Positions 29,937-38,599 of a stretch of DNA of 64,000 nucleotides are shown here, piece after piece (positions within the stretch are counted from its first letter, which is position 1; every line of letters starts with the position of its first letter). Source of the stretch: Candidatus Komeilibacteria bacterium (lineage in GTDB: Bacteria > Patescibacteriota > Patescibacteriia > UBA1558); NCBI GenBank assembly GCA_048538235.1, contig JBLYPX010000001.1, positions 521,015 to 585,014 on the forward strand, read 5' to 3'. The notes under the pieces are model-generated. The model saw only the letters and a list, made by a program, of their open reading frames with translations, was not told the DNA's origin and made no database searches. Made by a program: the position numbers and the translations under genes.

Positions 29937-30104
29937 ATGGCCAAAGTATGTGAAGTCTGCAAGCGCGGAACAACATCTGGACAAACAAAAAGTCACTCTC
30001 AAATCAAGACCAAGCGTCAGGTTAAAATAAATTTACAGACAAAGGTTGTAGATGGCAAGAGAATCAAGATTTGTACCAAGTGCATAAAGACTATGAATAA
30101 ATAA
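29937..30104 (+). CDS. rpmB: 50S ribosomal protein L28 (zinc-ribbon type), below the ORF-track size cut-off
   Basis: Manual translation gives MAKVCEVCKRGTTSGQTKSHSQIKTKRQVKINLQTKVVDGKRIKICTKCIKTMNK (55 aa), matching the L28 consensus MAKVCEVCGK..GN.VSHSN.KTKR..NLQ...CT.C. Confidence 0.8.
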   Translation: MAKVCEVCKRGTTSGQTKSHSQIKTKRQVKINLQTKVVDGKRIKICTKCIKTMNK

Positions 30105-30114
30105 ATTTTATACT

Positions 30115-30145
30115 AAAAAAGCTCCTAGACGACTAGGAGCTTTTT
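30115..30145. terminator. bidirectional terminator after rpmB (also serves the convergent gene 30161-30751)
   Basis: aaaaa-gctcctag-acga-ctaggagc-ttttt. Confidence 0.6.
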
Positions 30146-30160
30146 ATTTTATATATTTAC

Positions 30161-30751
30161 TTATTCTAGAACAAATTCTACATTATCATCCCCTACAATA
30201 ATATCCTGAAGTTTAATATCATTACTAAAAAAGAAATCAGATAAAAACTCTAATTGATCAAACAATAATCTCCCTACTAAAGAGCCCGGAATAAATAGCC
30301 CTTTATACCTAGCCTTTGTAACATGAAAATATAATTGTTGCTCCATAGCCTCTATTCTAACCTCAATATATGCATTACCCTTGATTGGTTTTAAAGCATA
30401 ACCTTCTAATACAAACTTATTATCTTTTAAACTTAACTTAACATCTTGAATTGGTGGATTAGAATATTTTTTTAATTGCTCTTGTAAAATATAGTTAAGC
30501 TCAGCTACTGAAATATTTGTGTACTCATTATTTGCTGCAACCAAAGATAAATCATTTTCACTATACGCTTCCAACCACATTGCTAATTTATCTTCTGCAT
30601 TTAACTTTTGTTGTGAAGTTAACTCCTCAACAGCAACCACTTCATTATTGTCGTTATTTCTCCACCATAATAGATCTGAAAAAGAAAATGCATATGAAGT
30701 ATTTGGAATAATAAGCACAACCAGCATAATTATTAATAATAGTTTTTTCAT
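30161..30751 (-). CDS. hypothetical secreted protein
   Basis: 196 aa with N-terminal signal peptide MKKLLLIIMLVVLIIPNTSYA. No recognised domain. Confidence 0.5.
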   Translation of the reverse strand: MKKLLLIIMLVVLIIPNTSYAFSFSDLLWWRNNDNNEVVAVEELTSQQKLNAEDKLAMWLEAYSENDLSLVAANNEYTNISVAELNYILQEQLKKYSNPPIQDVKLSLKDNKFVLEGYALKPIKGNAYIEVRIEAMEQQLYFHVTKARYKGLFIPGSLVGRLLFDQLEFLSDFFFSNDIKLQDIIVGDDNVEFVLE

Positions 30752-30807
30752 AAAATCTAGGTAAAATAATTAATATTTCTATCATCATTATACCAAAATT
30801 AAAGTAA

Positions 30808-31057
30808 TTAAAAAACCACTACATAATGTAGTGATTTTTCAAGTTCTAGTCAGCTTGACTGAAGATTGGAAGTTCCGATAGCCATCCGGGCAGTCTCTCA
30901 ATCATAAGACAATTAAAAGTTTAACACCTTAATTACTCAGTACCGAAAAACTATAATGCCGCTGGGCGTCCTAGAATACGAACCAAGGTCCATATTTCAC
31001 ACAAACTCCCTAATAAAGTAAGGTTGTAGAAATTCAATCTGTCAAAGTGACTAGAAC
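30808..31057 (-). ncRNA. candidate small RNA (unclassified, roughly 250 nt) with near-consensus promoter, long 5'/3' closing helix and intrinsic terminator
   Basis: Minus-strand promoter TTGACG-16-TATAAT. 5' end GUUCUAGUCACUUUGAC pairs with 3' GUCAAGCUGACUAGAAC. The helix extends by AGAUUG/CAAUCU. Terminator CACUACA-UUA-UGUAGUG plus GUUUUUU. No ORF. GC above flanks. Confidence 0.5.
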
Positions 31058-31063
31058 ACTTTA

Positions 31064-31091
31064 ATTATATCACTACAATTATTCCCGTCAA
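31064..31091 (-). promoter_or_regulatory. near-consensus sigma70 promoter (TTGACG-16 bp-TATAAT) for sRNA candidate B
   Basis: Minus-strand -35 at 31091-31086, -10 at 31069-31064, predicted TSS about 31057. Confidence 0.55.
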
Positions 31092-31142
31092 ATGTAAAAA
31101 AACAACTAAATTTCATAATTAATAATATTGGCTAAGATAAAA

Positions 31143-31169
31143 CAAAAACCCCGCTTCTATAAAGCGGGG
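31143..31169 (-). terminator. rho-independent terminator after ndk
   Basis: ccccgctt-ctata-aagcgggg, followed on the minus strand by uuuuuguuuu. Confidence 0.6.
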
Positions 31170-31183
31170 CATTAAATATCTAA

Positions 31184-31648
31184 TTATTTTTCATCATCTG
31201 CATATACCCATTTCCAATCGTCTTTCTCATAAGTAAATATTTCATCTTCCTTAAAAAATCTCTTAATTTCAGCTTCAGCTGCTTCTGCAGAATCTGAAGC
31301 ATGCACAATATTATTTGAATGACTCATAGAAAAATCTCCGCGAATAGAACCTGAGTCAGCTTTACGACCCACTGTCGGACCAACAATAACCCTTACAGCG
31401 TCAATAGCATCATAACCTTCAATAGCGATAAATATTACTGGTGCCGATTGCATAAAACCTTTTAGTCCTGTAAAGAATGGCTTATCTTTGTGATGACTAT
31501 AGTGTTCATCTATTTGTTCATCTGAAATACGGCCCATCTTTAGACCTGCAATTTTTAATCCTTTGTTTTCAAAACGTTTAATAATCTCACCCAATAGATT
31601 GCGTTGCAAACAATCTGGTTTGAGAATAATAAGACTTTTCTCCATCAT
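31184..31648 (-). CDS. ndk: nucleoside diphosphate kinase
   Basis: 154 aa with the active-site His context NIVHASDS and ILKPD-like N-terminus. Confidence 0.9.
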   Translation of the reverse strand: MMEKSLIILKPDCLQRNLLGEIIKRFENKGLKIAGLKMGRISDEQIDEHYSHHKDKPFFTGLKGFMQSAPVIFIAIEGYDAIDAVRVIVGPTVGRKADSGSIRGDFSMSHSNNIVHASDSAEAAEAEIKRFFKEDEIFTYEKDDWKWVYADDEK

Positions 31649-31650
31649 AA

Positions 31651-32022
31651 TTATTTTTTAAAATGTTTATTAATTTTAATAACTAGTTCTCCTGGTGTCA
31701 TATCTGCTTTTACAAAATAACCAACAGCTCCTAACTCCTTACCCTTAGCCGTATCTTCTTCTTGACCCAAATTTGTAAGCATATATACAGGAATATTCTT
31801 AGTGAACTCATCCGACTTAATTTCCTCCAAGACAATAAAGCCATCTTTCTTTGGCATAATAATATCTAATAACACCAAATCTGGTTTAAGACTCTTTGTT
31901 AGCTGAACTCCAGTCTCACCATCCCTAGCTACTTCAACTTCATAGCCAGCTTTAACCAATTTTAGCTTATACATATTAGCCAAAATTTCTTCATCTTCAA
32001 TTAATAGAATTTTTTTTGCCAT
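31651..32022 (-). CDS. stand-alone response regulator receiver domain (CheY-like)
   Basis: 123 aa, acidic pocket DEE...D (LLDIIMPKKDG) and conserved T/K positions. No output domain. Confidence 0.8.
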   Translation of the reverse strand: MAKKILLIEDEEILANMYKLKLVKAGYEVEVARDGETGVQLTKSLKPDLVLLDIIMPKKDGFIVLEEIKSDEFTKNIPVYMLTNLGQEEDTAKGKELGAVGYFVKADMTPGELVIKINKHFKK

Positions 32023-32075
32023 AAATATATCTTAATAATGTTTGTATTATAGCCTAATATTTTATGATTTACAAG

Positions 32076-32924
32076 TTATTTTAGCCAATAATTATATCCA
32101 TCTGTATTAATAACAATATCTCCCAAATTATCGTTTCTTAGTATTCTAATACCCAATTTCTCCAATCTTTTAATAATCCTTAAATGTGGATGTTTAAATT
32201 TATTATCTACACCAGACTGAATAACTGCTGTACTAGCATTAACAGCTTTTAACCAATCCTCACTATTTGAATATTGACTGCCATGATGAGCAACTTTCAA
32301 TATATCTGCACTCACATCTTGACCGCTTACCAGGATCTTTTCCTCCACATCTATAGTTGCGTCCCCTGTTAACAAAACACACACCTCAATATAACAATAT
32401 TTAGCAACCACTGAAGTATCATTCACATCATCTGCTTTCTGACCCACATACTCTTCAAAAGGATATACAATCTCTAAACTTGAATTTTTGAACGTATATA
32501 TATCTCCAGCAATCGTTGACTCTAAAGTAAAACTATTATCTTCAATTAATTGCAACCACTCTAAATATGACGCCGCCATATAATCTATATACCCGGGAAA
32601 CAATATTAAATTGACAGAATATCTTTTTAAAACTTCATTTAAGCCACTAACATGATCATCATGCGCGTGGGTTAAAATCATTAAATCTATACTTTTGTCA
32701 TAAAAAGATAAATATGGCCCCAACTTACTTATTAAATAATTACCTGGGCCACCATCTATTAATATTCTTTCCTTATCTGGTGTAATAATTAATATTGCGT
32801 CTCCTTGACCAATGTCTAAAAATACAATCTTGGCAATATTATCAGTATCTGTTTGTAAATAAACAATAATTAAACTTAAAGCTATGCCAATAATTACAAA
32901 TATATATTTTCTATACTTTTTCAT
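32076..32924 (-). CDS. comEC: ComEC C-terminal metallo-beta-lactamase domain protein (probably the 3' portion of a frameshift-split comEC)
   Basis: TM segment, then FLDIGQGDAILI...IDGG and HAHDDHVSGL (HxHxDH) MBL motifs. Confidence 0.7.
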   Translation of the reverse strand: MKKYRKYIFVIIGIALSLIIVYLQTDTDNIAKIVFLDIGQGDAILIITPDKERILIDGGPGNYLISKLGPYLSFYDKSIDLMILTHAHDDHVSGLNEVLKRYSVNLILFPGYIDYMAASYLEWLQLIEDNSFTLESTIAGDIYTFKNSSLEIVYPFEEYVGQKADDVNDTSVVAKYCYIEVCVLLTGDATIDVEEKILVSGQDVSADILKVAHHGSQYSNSEDWLKAVNASTAVIQSGVDNKFKHPHLRIIKRLEKLGIRILRNDNLGDIVINTDGYNYWLK

Positions 32925-34461
32925 TTGATCTAAATTTAATAAAAAATATACAAGAGTATATAAAGAAAATATATAACCAATTTATCTTTGGCAATTCAAT
33001 GGCTGCTAATGGTAGTGATCCCAACCAATTAACAATTTCTATTTGTTTATTTAACATGCCATAAACTATCCAAAATAAAGGAACAGATATGGTTGGAATT
33101 AATAAGTTTAATATTATTCCAACAATAGATAAACACATTAACAGTGGTAAGGTTGGCAATAATAATATATTGGCAATAGGAAAAACAAGAGAAGCTTGGT
33201 TAAATTTAAACACGATCCACGGCAATGTTAATATCTGAGCTGCAAAGGTTGCTTGCAAAATTGCTTTAATACCAAATAATACTGGTAATCTTTTAAATAA
33301 CTTTCCCACATCATCTGAAAATAGAACCAGGCTTAAAACCGCTAAAAAAGATAATTGCCAACCAATATCATAAACAAGTAATTTTGGATTAAACATAAGG
33401 GTAATAATTGCTACCAATATTAATGCAAAATAACTTTTGTTAACTCTACCAAAATAATCTGCAATTAATAATACTGATCCCATCATTCCTGCTCTAATTG
33501 CTGAAGCGGGCATTCCAATCATTAATATATACATAAATAATATTAAAAGAGCTATGGGGTAAGTTAATTTTTTTGGTAAATAAAAAGCAGTCAAAACTCT
33601 AACTAATAATAATGAAATAATAGATACATGCATTCCAGATATAGCTAATAAATGTGATACACCCGCTTTACTGAAATTATCTACAATATCTGTTGGAATA
33701 CTTCTCCTTCTCGCTAAAAGCATTGCAGATAATATACTAGCCTCTGGTTCAACTATATTTTTTTGAATAACTTGATGTACTCTATCTTTAAAATCTACAA
33801 TTTTTCTCTTTAAAATATATTTATCTGCTAAACCAATATATTTAACTATGGGGCTATAGCACAAAGAGTAAATATCATATCTAGATAAATAATCATCATA
33901 AGCAAAATCTTCAATTTTATCAGGCTTAATTAGTTTACAATCTAGTTCTAGTTCATCTCCTACAAAATATTCAGGGTATAAAGAAGACTTTACTAATACA
34001 AGACCATTCACATTATGCCAGATATTATCTACGTATATACCCTCCGCTTTAACTGTTAGTTTATTATGGTCAACACGTTTATCCACCTCATTAACCACAC
34101 CTCTAAAATGTAAATCCTTCATGTCTGACCAGTCTGCAGCTATATTATTGTAAAAAGCTATATGATTAGAATTAATCACAGGAAAAGAATAAATAAATCT
34201 AATATATCCAGCTAATATACTAAATATAATTAATAAAAATAATATTATTTTTTTGTTCTTAGAAAATAATACAAACAAAGGAATAAATAATAGTAATACA
34301 AGCCAACTAATATGAATAGAAAAAACATTAGCTATAATAATGCCAATTATGAACATGAAACTATAAATAATAAACAATTTTTGACTCATACTTGACTTAA
34401 TTATCAATACCGTGTAAATTAAATAATTATCTGAACATTCAACCCAAAACGCGTTAAACAA
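32911..34461 (-). CDS. comEC: ComEC/Rec2 competence channel protein, N-terminal DUF4131 plus Competence domain (lacks the MBL domain)
   Basis: 516 aa polytopic membrane protein. Its end overlaps the next ORF by 14 nt in the +1 frame at an A5 run. Confidence 0.75.
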   Translation of the reverse strand: MFNAFWVECSDNYLIYTVLIIKSSMSQKLFIIYSFMFIIGIIIANVFSIHISWLVLLLFIPLFVLFSKNKKIILFLLIIFSILAGYIRFIYSFPVINSNHIAFYNNIAADWSDMKDLHFRGVVNEVDKRVDHNKLTVKAEGIYVDNIWHNVNGLVLVKSSLYPEYFVGDELELDCKLIKPDKIEDFAYDDYLSRYDIYSLCYSPIVKYIGLADKYILKRKIVDFKDRVHQVIQKNIVEPEASILSAMLLARRRSIPTDIVDNFSKAGVSHLLAISGMHVSIISLLLVRVLTAFYLPKKLTYPIALLILFMYILMIGMPASAIRAGMMGSVLLIADYFGRVNKSYFALILVAIITLMFNPKLLVYDIGWQLSFLAVLSLVLFSDDVGKLFKRLPVLFGIKAILQATFAAQILTLPWIVFKFNQASLVFPIANILLLPTLPLLMCLSIVGIILNLLIPTISVPLFWIVYGMLNKQIEIVNWLGSLPLAAIELPKINWLYIFFIYSCIFFIKFRSNEKV

Positions 34462-34472
34462 AAGGAGAACTT

Positions 34473-34814
34473 ATGACGCAATCATCTTTAGCTACCAAGC
34501 AGGAAGGTAGATTCGAATTTAAACACGCTGGTGAAATACTCACTGGCAGAGTAGAAAAGGACAAAAGGTCGCCAGACTTTAATCTCCTACCAGGACCTGG
34601 AGAGCCATTAGACAGCAGACGCTTTCTCAAAATGGCTTCTTCTGTAAACAATAGCCCTCACTCGGAAAAGGTAAAGATCCACGTAATTCCAAATCACTCA
34701 AGTGAAAACGGAGATAAATGGAGAGTTACCTTTGAAGCACGTAACGGAGGAGACGCTTTAGAGTTTGTGCAAAAACATCTGCACAATGTTATAAAAATTG
34801 AAATGAAAGATTAA
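34473..34814 (+). CDS. hypothetical protein on a compositionally atypical (about 42% GC) mini-island
   Basis: 113 aa ORF with strong SD (aaaaggagaactt-ATG), followed by a UUCG-tetraloop terminator. It is the only plus-strand gene in a long minus-strand block, with C/G-ending codon usage unlike its neighbours. Confidence 0.5.
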   Translation: MTQSSLATKQEGRFEFKHAGEILTGRVEKDKRSPDFNLLPGPGEPLDSRRFLKMASSVNNSPHSEKVKIHVIPNHSSENGDKWRVTFEARNGGDALEFVQKHLHNVIKIEMKD

Positions 34815-34830
34815 CGCACCTTTCATCCAA

Positions 34831-34860
34831 GCCCCGTTTTTCGAAACGGGGTTTTGTTTT
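34831..34860 (+). terminator. rho-independent terminator with UUCG tetraloop (ccccgttt-ttcg-aaacgggg plus ttttgtttt)
   Basis: Perfect 8-bp GC-rich stem and a 9-nt T-tract. Confidence 0.65.
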
Positions 34861-34927
34861 ACACAAAAAAAGGGCTCATCGAGCTAAGCTCAACGACCCT
34901 GTTAAATAATAACTTACAACCAACAGA

Positions 34928-35362
34928 TTATCTTGTCAACAAAATCTTTATGCTTGTTCTTAATTTATCTGTAGATAGTTTTAGACCCCAAACTACACCA
35001 AAAAATAATCCAACTGTATCTATTCCAATATCTACTACCGATGCATTTCTACCAGGAATAAAACTTTGATGAATTTCATCAGATATTGCATACAAAATTC
35101 CTAAGAAAAAAGCTAATAATAATAGTCCAGCAAACACAAATTGATTATCTTCTTTGCTCCACTTCTTATAGCCTAATAATAATTTAACTAATAATAGTCC
35201 AAGCACAGCATAGACAAATATGTGTGCTGATTTTTTAAATAATATATCCCACAAACCAGACAAGCCAACGTTTAAAACTGACCGATTAGACAAAAGCCAA
35301 ATTAAGCTCATCCAGGCTGCTGCAAAAATTCCATATTTAAAATTATGCCAAGCTATTTTCAT
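34928..35362 (-). CDS. VanZ-like family membrane protein (second paralog in the window)
   Basis: DEIHQSFIPGRNASVVDIGIDTVGLFFG matches the VanZ signature. Four TM segments. Confidence 0.65.
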   Translation of the reverse strand: MKIAWHNFKYGIFAAAWMSLIWLLSNRSVLNVGLSGLWDILFKKSAHIFVYAVLGLLLVKLLLGYKKWSKEDNQFVFAGLLLLAFFLGILYAISDEIHQSFIPGRNASVVDIGIDTVGLFFGVVWGLKLSTDKLRTSIKILLTR

Positions 35363-36450
35363 TTACTTTGTTTATGGTGTAAATAATCTTCAATAAAATC
35401 ATCTATATCCCCATTAAGAACTTTATCTGGATCTTTAACTTCAAAATTAGTTCGATGATCTTTTACCATTTTATATGGATGAAGAACATATGATCTTATC
35501 TGATTACCCCAGGCAGCCTCAGTAATTTCACCTTGCAATTTCTTCCTTTCCTCTTCTGCTTCAACTTCTTGCAGTCTTTGCAAACGACTTTTTAAATGTT
35601 TCATAGCCGCTTCTCTATTCTGAGCCTGAGATCTTTCATTTTGGCATGTAACCATAATGTTGGTTGGTAAATGGACTATACGTACTGCTGAATCTGTTGT
35701 ATTTACCCCCTGACCTCCTTTACCGGATGATTTAAATGTATCTATACGTAAATCTTTATCCTCTATTTTTACTTCTATCTCATCATCTTCAAGTTCTGGC
35801 AAAACATCTACCATTGCAAACGAAGTATGTCTAGCATGATCTGCATCAAATGGAGATAAACGTACTAAACGATGAACACCTGACTCACCCTGCAATTGAC
35901 CATATGCATATTTACCAATAACTTCAATTACTACAGATTTATAACCAGCTTCAGAACCCCTGCTTTCATCTAAGATATTCACTTGCCAATTCTTTTTCTC
36001 AGCTAATCTTAGATACATTCTTAATAGCATAGCAGCCCAATCCTGTGCTTCATCGCCACCAGCACCTGAGTATATACTAACAATAGCATTATCTTGATCG
36101 TGAGAACCATTAAATAGTGTTAAAAATTCAAACGAATTGTATATATTATTTAACTGTTTAAACCTAGCCTCTATTTCTTCTTTTAATTCTTTAGCATCAG
36201 ACAATGCTATAATATCTTTTAATTCTTTAATGCCATTTTTTAACTCATTCCAGTCGTTTACTTCTGAACTTAAATCTGACAATTCTTTATTAACAGCACC
36301 TGCTTTTTTATTATCCTGCCAAAAATCTTCTGACTTTGTTTTTTCAGCCAGACTATTTATTATTTTTTGTTTGTCTTGAATATTAAGAATCGACTCAAGC
36401 TTGGCAACCTTATCTACTAATTCATTAGCTTTAGCTATTATTTCTTTCAT
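35359..36450 (-). CDS. prfB: peptide chain release factor 2 (single ORF, no programmed frameshift)
   Basis: SPF tripeptide (RLSPFDA) specific to RF2 and GGQ motif (KSSGKGGQGVNTTDSA). N-terminus contiguous in one frame. Confidence 0.9.
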   Translation of the reverse strand: MKEIIAKANELVDKVAKLESILNIQDKQKIINSLAEKTKSEDFWQDNKKAGAVNKELSDLSSEVNDWNELKNGIKELKDIIALSDAKELKEEIEARFKQLNNIYNSFEFLTLFNGSHDQDNAIVSIYSGAGGDEAQDWAAMLLRMYLRLAEKKNWQVNILDESRGSEAGYKSVVIEVIGKYAYGQLQGESGVHRLVRLSPFDADHARHTSFAMVDVLPELEDDEIEVKIEDKDLRIDTFKSSGKGGQGVNTTDSAVRIVHLPTNIMVTCQNERSQAQNREAAMKHLKSRLQRLQEVEAEEERKKLQGEITEAAWGNQIRSYVLHPYKMVKDHRTNFEVKDPDKVLNGDIDDFIEDYLHHKQSK

Positions 36451-37790
36451 TAATCTTTATATTCAACTAGAGTTACATTAATTATTTTTTCTTCTCCCCT
36501 GTGATACACCTTAAGTTTAATTGTATCATCTGGACCATATTCTGCTATTTTAGCGGCTAATGTTTTATCTGTGGTTAATTTCTCATCATCTATTTCTAAA
36601 ATAATATCATTCTCTACAAGACCGGCTTTATCTGCTGGACTACCAGGCATTACTGCTAATTCTGTCTGATCTTGACCCCGTATTATTAAAGCACCATAAT
36701 CTACATCTAAATTATTTTGTTTAGCAATAGCCTCATTTATCATAGTATAGCGTATACCCAAGAATGGTCTTACAATCTTACCATATTTTTGTACACTACC
36801 TACAACTTTCTTAGCTGTATTTATTGGTATAGCAAAACCTATTAATTGACCTTCTCTATTAACAGCTGTATTAATACCAATTACCTCACCATCTAAATTA
36901 ATCAAAGGTCCGCCAGAATTACCGGGATTAATAGCAGCATCTGTTTGTATAACATTGTCTAATTTTTCTGAAGAACTATATGTACCAGCTACAATATCTC
37001 TACCGAGCCCAGATACAATACCAGTTGTAACTGTATTACTATATTCTCCTAATGCATAACCAATAGCAACAACTGTTTCTCCAATATTAATATTATCTGA
37101 ATCACCCAAATCTATTGTTGGAAAGTCTTCTCCTTCAATTTGTAGAACTGCTAAGTCGTTTATAGCGTCAGCGCCTAAAAAGGTTGCGTCATATGATGTA
37201 CCATCCGCCATTATTACTTGGTATTCAGAATCTCCATCTGTTGCAACATGTTTATTGGTTAAAATAATACCATCAGAAGATATAATAAAGCCAGTGCCAG
37301 CACCAACCTGTTGCTTTTCTGTTTTTGGCTCTTGTGGCTCTTGTTGTGGCATGTCAAAAGAAAAAGGCCAGCCAGAACCAAAGAAATCTTCAAATGGGAA
37401 TAATGATCCTGTTTGATTATAATATTGTGTGATTTCCCTACTAACTATAATAGAAACAACTGCTGGGCTAGCATTCTCCACCACCTCTTCAACAGATAAT
37501 TTACTTTTCTGTTTAACCGGAGGTGTATAATTTTCCTTAGATTCAGTAATATCTTTCGAATTGTCTGAAGAATCAGCTAATTGAAACCAATCACCTGAAT
37601 TAGATAATTGACTAGCTACATAACCAGTCATACCGCCAACAAAGGCGCTTATAGCTACAGATATAATTACTACAAAAATAAGTAATTCTAAACTGTAGAG
37701 TTTTTTACTTGTTTTTTTAGTACTTTCTAACATATAATTTTTATTAATTTTACTAATAAATATTATAAAATGTAATAAAAAAACATTCAA
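36450..37790 (-). CDS. htrA: HtrA/DegP-family trypsin-like serine protease with C-terminal PDZ domain
   Basis: N-terminal TM anchor. Catalytic His (TNKHVATDG), Asp and Ser (GNSGGPLINLDGEVIGINTA). Confidence 0.85.
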   Translation of the reverse strand: MNVFLLHFIIFISKINKNYMLESTKKTSKKLYSLELLIFVVIISVAISAFVGGMTGYVASQLSNSGDWFQLADSSDNSKDITESKENYTPPVKQKSKLSVEEVVENASPAVVSIIVSREITQYYNQTGSLFPFEDFFGSGWPFSFDMPQQEPQEPKTEKQQVGAGTGFIISSDGIILTNKHVATDGDSEYQVIMADGTSYDATFLGADAINDLAVLQIEGEDFPTIDLGDSDNINIGETVVAIGYALGEYSNTVTTGIVSGLGRDIVAGTYSSSEKLDNVIQTDAAINPGNSGGPLINLDGEVIGINTAVNREGQLIGFAIPINTAKKVVGSVQKYGKIVRPFLGIRYTMINEAIAKQNNLDVDYGALIIRGQDQTELAVMPGSPADKAGLVENDIILEIDDEKLTTDKTLAAKIAEYGPDDTIKLKVYHRGEEKIINVTLVEYKD

Positions 37791-37820
37791 ATATAAATTG
37801 AATGCCTCTTTATTAACTTA

Positions 37821-38135
37821 TCACTTATATAAATCCAGTATCTGTTGATACTGTTCAAACATACCATTTAAACCAGAACCAGCTGCATCTGTAGGCGCAC
37901 CTGAAAAACCTCCCAAACCTGAAAAGAAACCACTTAACATTGAAGGTAAATATACAATACCTAATATTATTGGAATAAGAATAAACAATAACTGTATAGC
38001 AGCCATTATTCTTCCCCAGAAAATATATTTTTTAACCTTAAGGCTCAAATGATATATTTCCTTAGAATATTCAATATTTTCCTCCATCAATTTCTTTAGC
38101 TGTTCTTCCATTGATGCTCCAGCATAATTTGTCAT
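37821..38135 (-). CDS. hypothetical small membrane protein
   Basis: 104 aa with one or two TM helices and a Gly-rich C-terminal region. Confidence 0.4.
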   Translation of the reverse strand: MTNYAGASMEEQLKKLMEENIEYSKEIYHLSLKVKKYIFWGRIMAAIQLLFILIPIILGIVYLPSMLSGFFSGLGGFSGAPTDAAGSGLNGMFEQYQQILDLYK

Positions 38136-38599
38136 CTTGGGTAATAACTTAAGTATTTAAGATATAATATATCTCCATTTTTAACACTAAATTTATCTGG
38201 TAATTCAGATACATAATCATTATTCAACCAAATATACCAACGACTTTCACTCGAATTATATAATCCATTAATTCCATACCACAATAACCCATTTTCCAAC
38301 CAATCTTCATTCTGACCTAATTTTATTTTACCTTGTTCTTCTGCGCCTATTAAAGCTTCCCACAAATTAGAATGACTAGTTAATTCAATATCGTCTACAA
38401 CGTCTATATCTCCATTATTATAATCTAGCATCATAGATACTCTTGGTATATTACTCTCTCTAATGTTTGCTGTTGAAGTATTAGGATTTAAAATAGTCAC
38501 AGCATTCTCCTGACCTATGACCATACCAACCAACCAAGCGCCTATAGCGATTGCCACAAATAATAATGCTCTCATAACTAAATTAAACTCTTTTCTCAT
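38132..38599 (-). CDS. hypothetical exported protein (possibly DUF4430-like)
   Basis: 155 aa with signal/anchor sequence. C-terminal WYIWLNNDYVSELPDKFSVKNGDILYLKYL pattern resembles DUF4430 (low confidence). Confidence 0.35.
   Translation of the reverse strand: MRKEFNLVMRALLFVAIAIGAWLVGMVIGQENAVTILNPNTSTANIRESNIPRVSMMLDYNNGDIDVVDDIELTSHSNLWEALIGAEEQGKIKLGQNEDWLENGLLWYGINGLYNSSESRWYIWLNNDYVSELPDKFSVKNGDILYLKYLSYYPR

Noticed and set aside
30840-31060. RNase P RNA identity for region B
   Set aside because: A GGAAGUUCCG...AUCCGGGCAG stretch resembles P4/P5. However, the complementary 3' P4 strand (ACAGAA.CCGGCUUA-like) is not present, and the roughly 250-nt length is too short for type A/B RNase P.
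34454-34651. 65 aa minus-strand ORF overlapping the GC-rich island gene
   Set aside because: Antisense to the better-supported plus-strand ORF with SD and terminator.
35359-36450. Programmed +1 frameshift in prfB
   Set aside because: The RF2 N-terminus is contiguous in a single frame, and no in-frame UGA or CUU-UGA-C motif was found near codon 25. It is an ordinary unshifted prfB.
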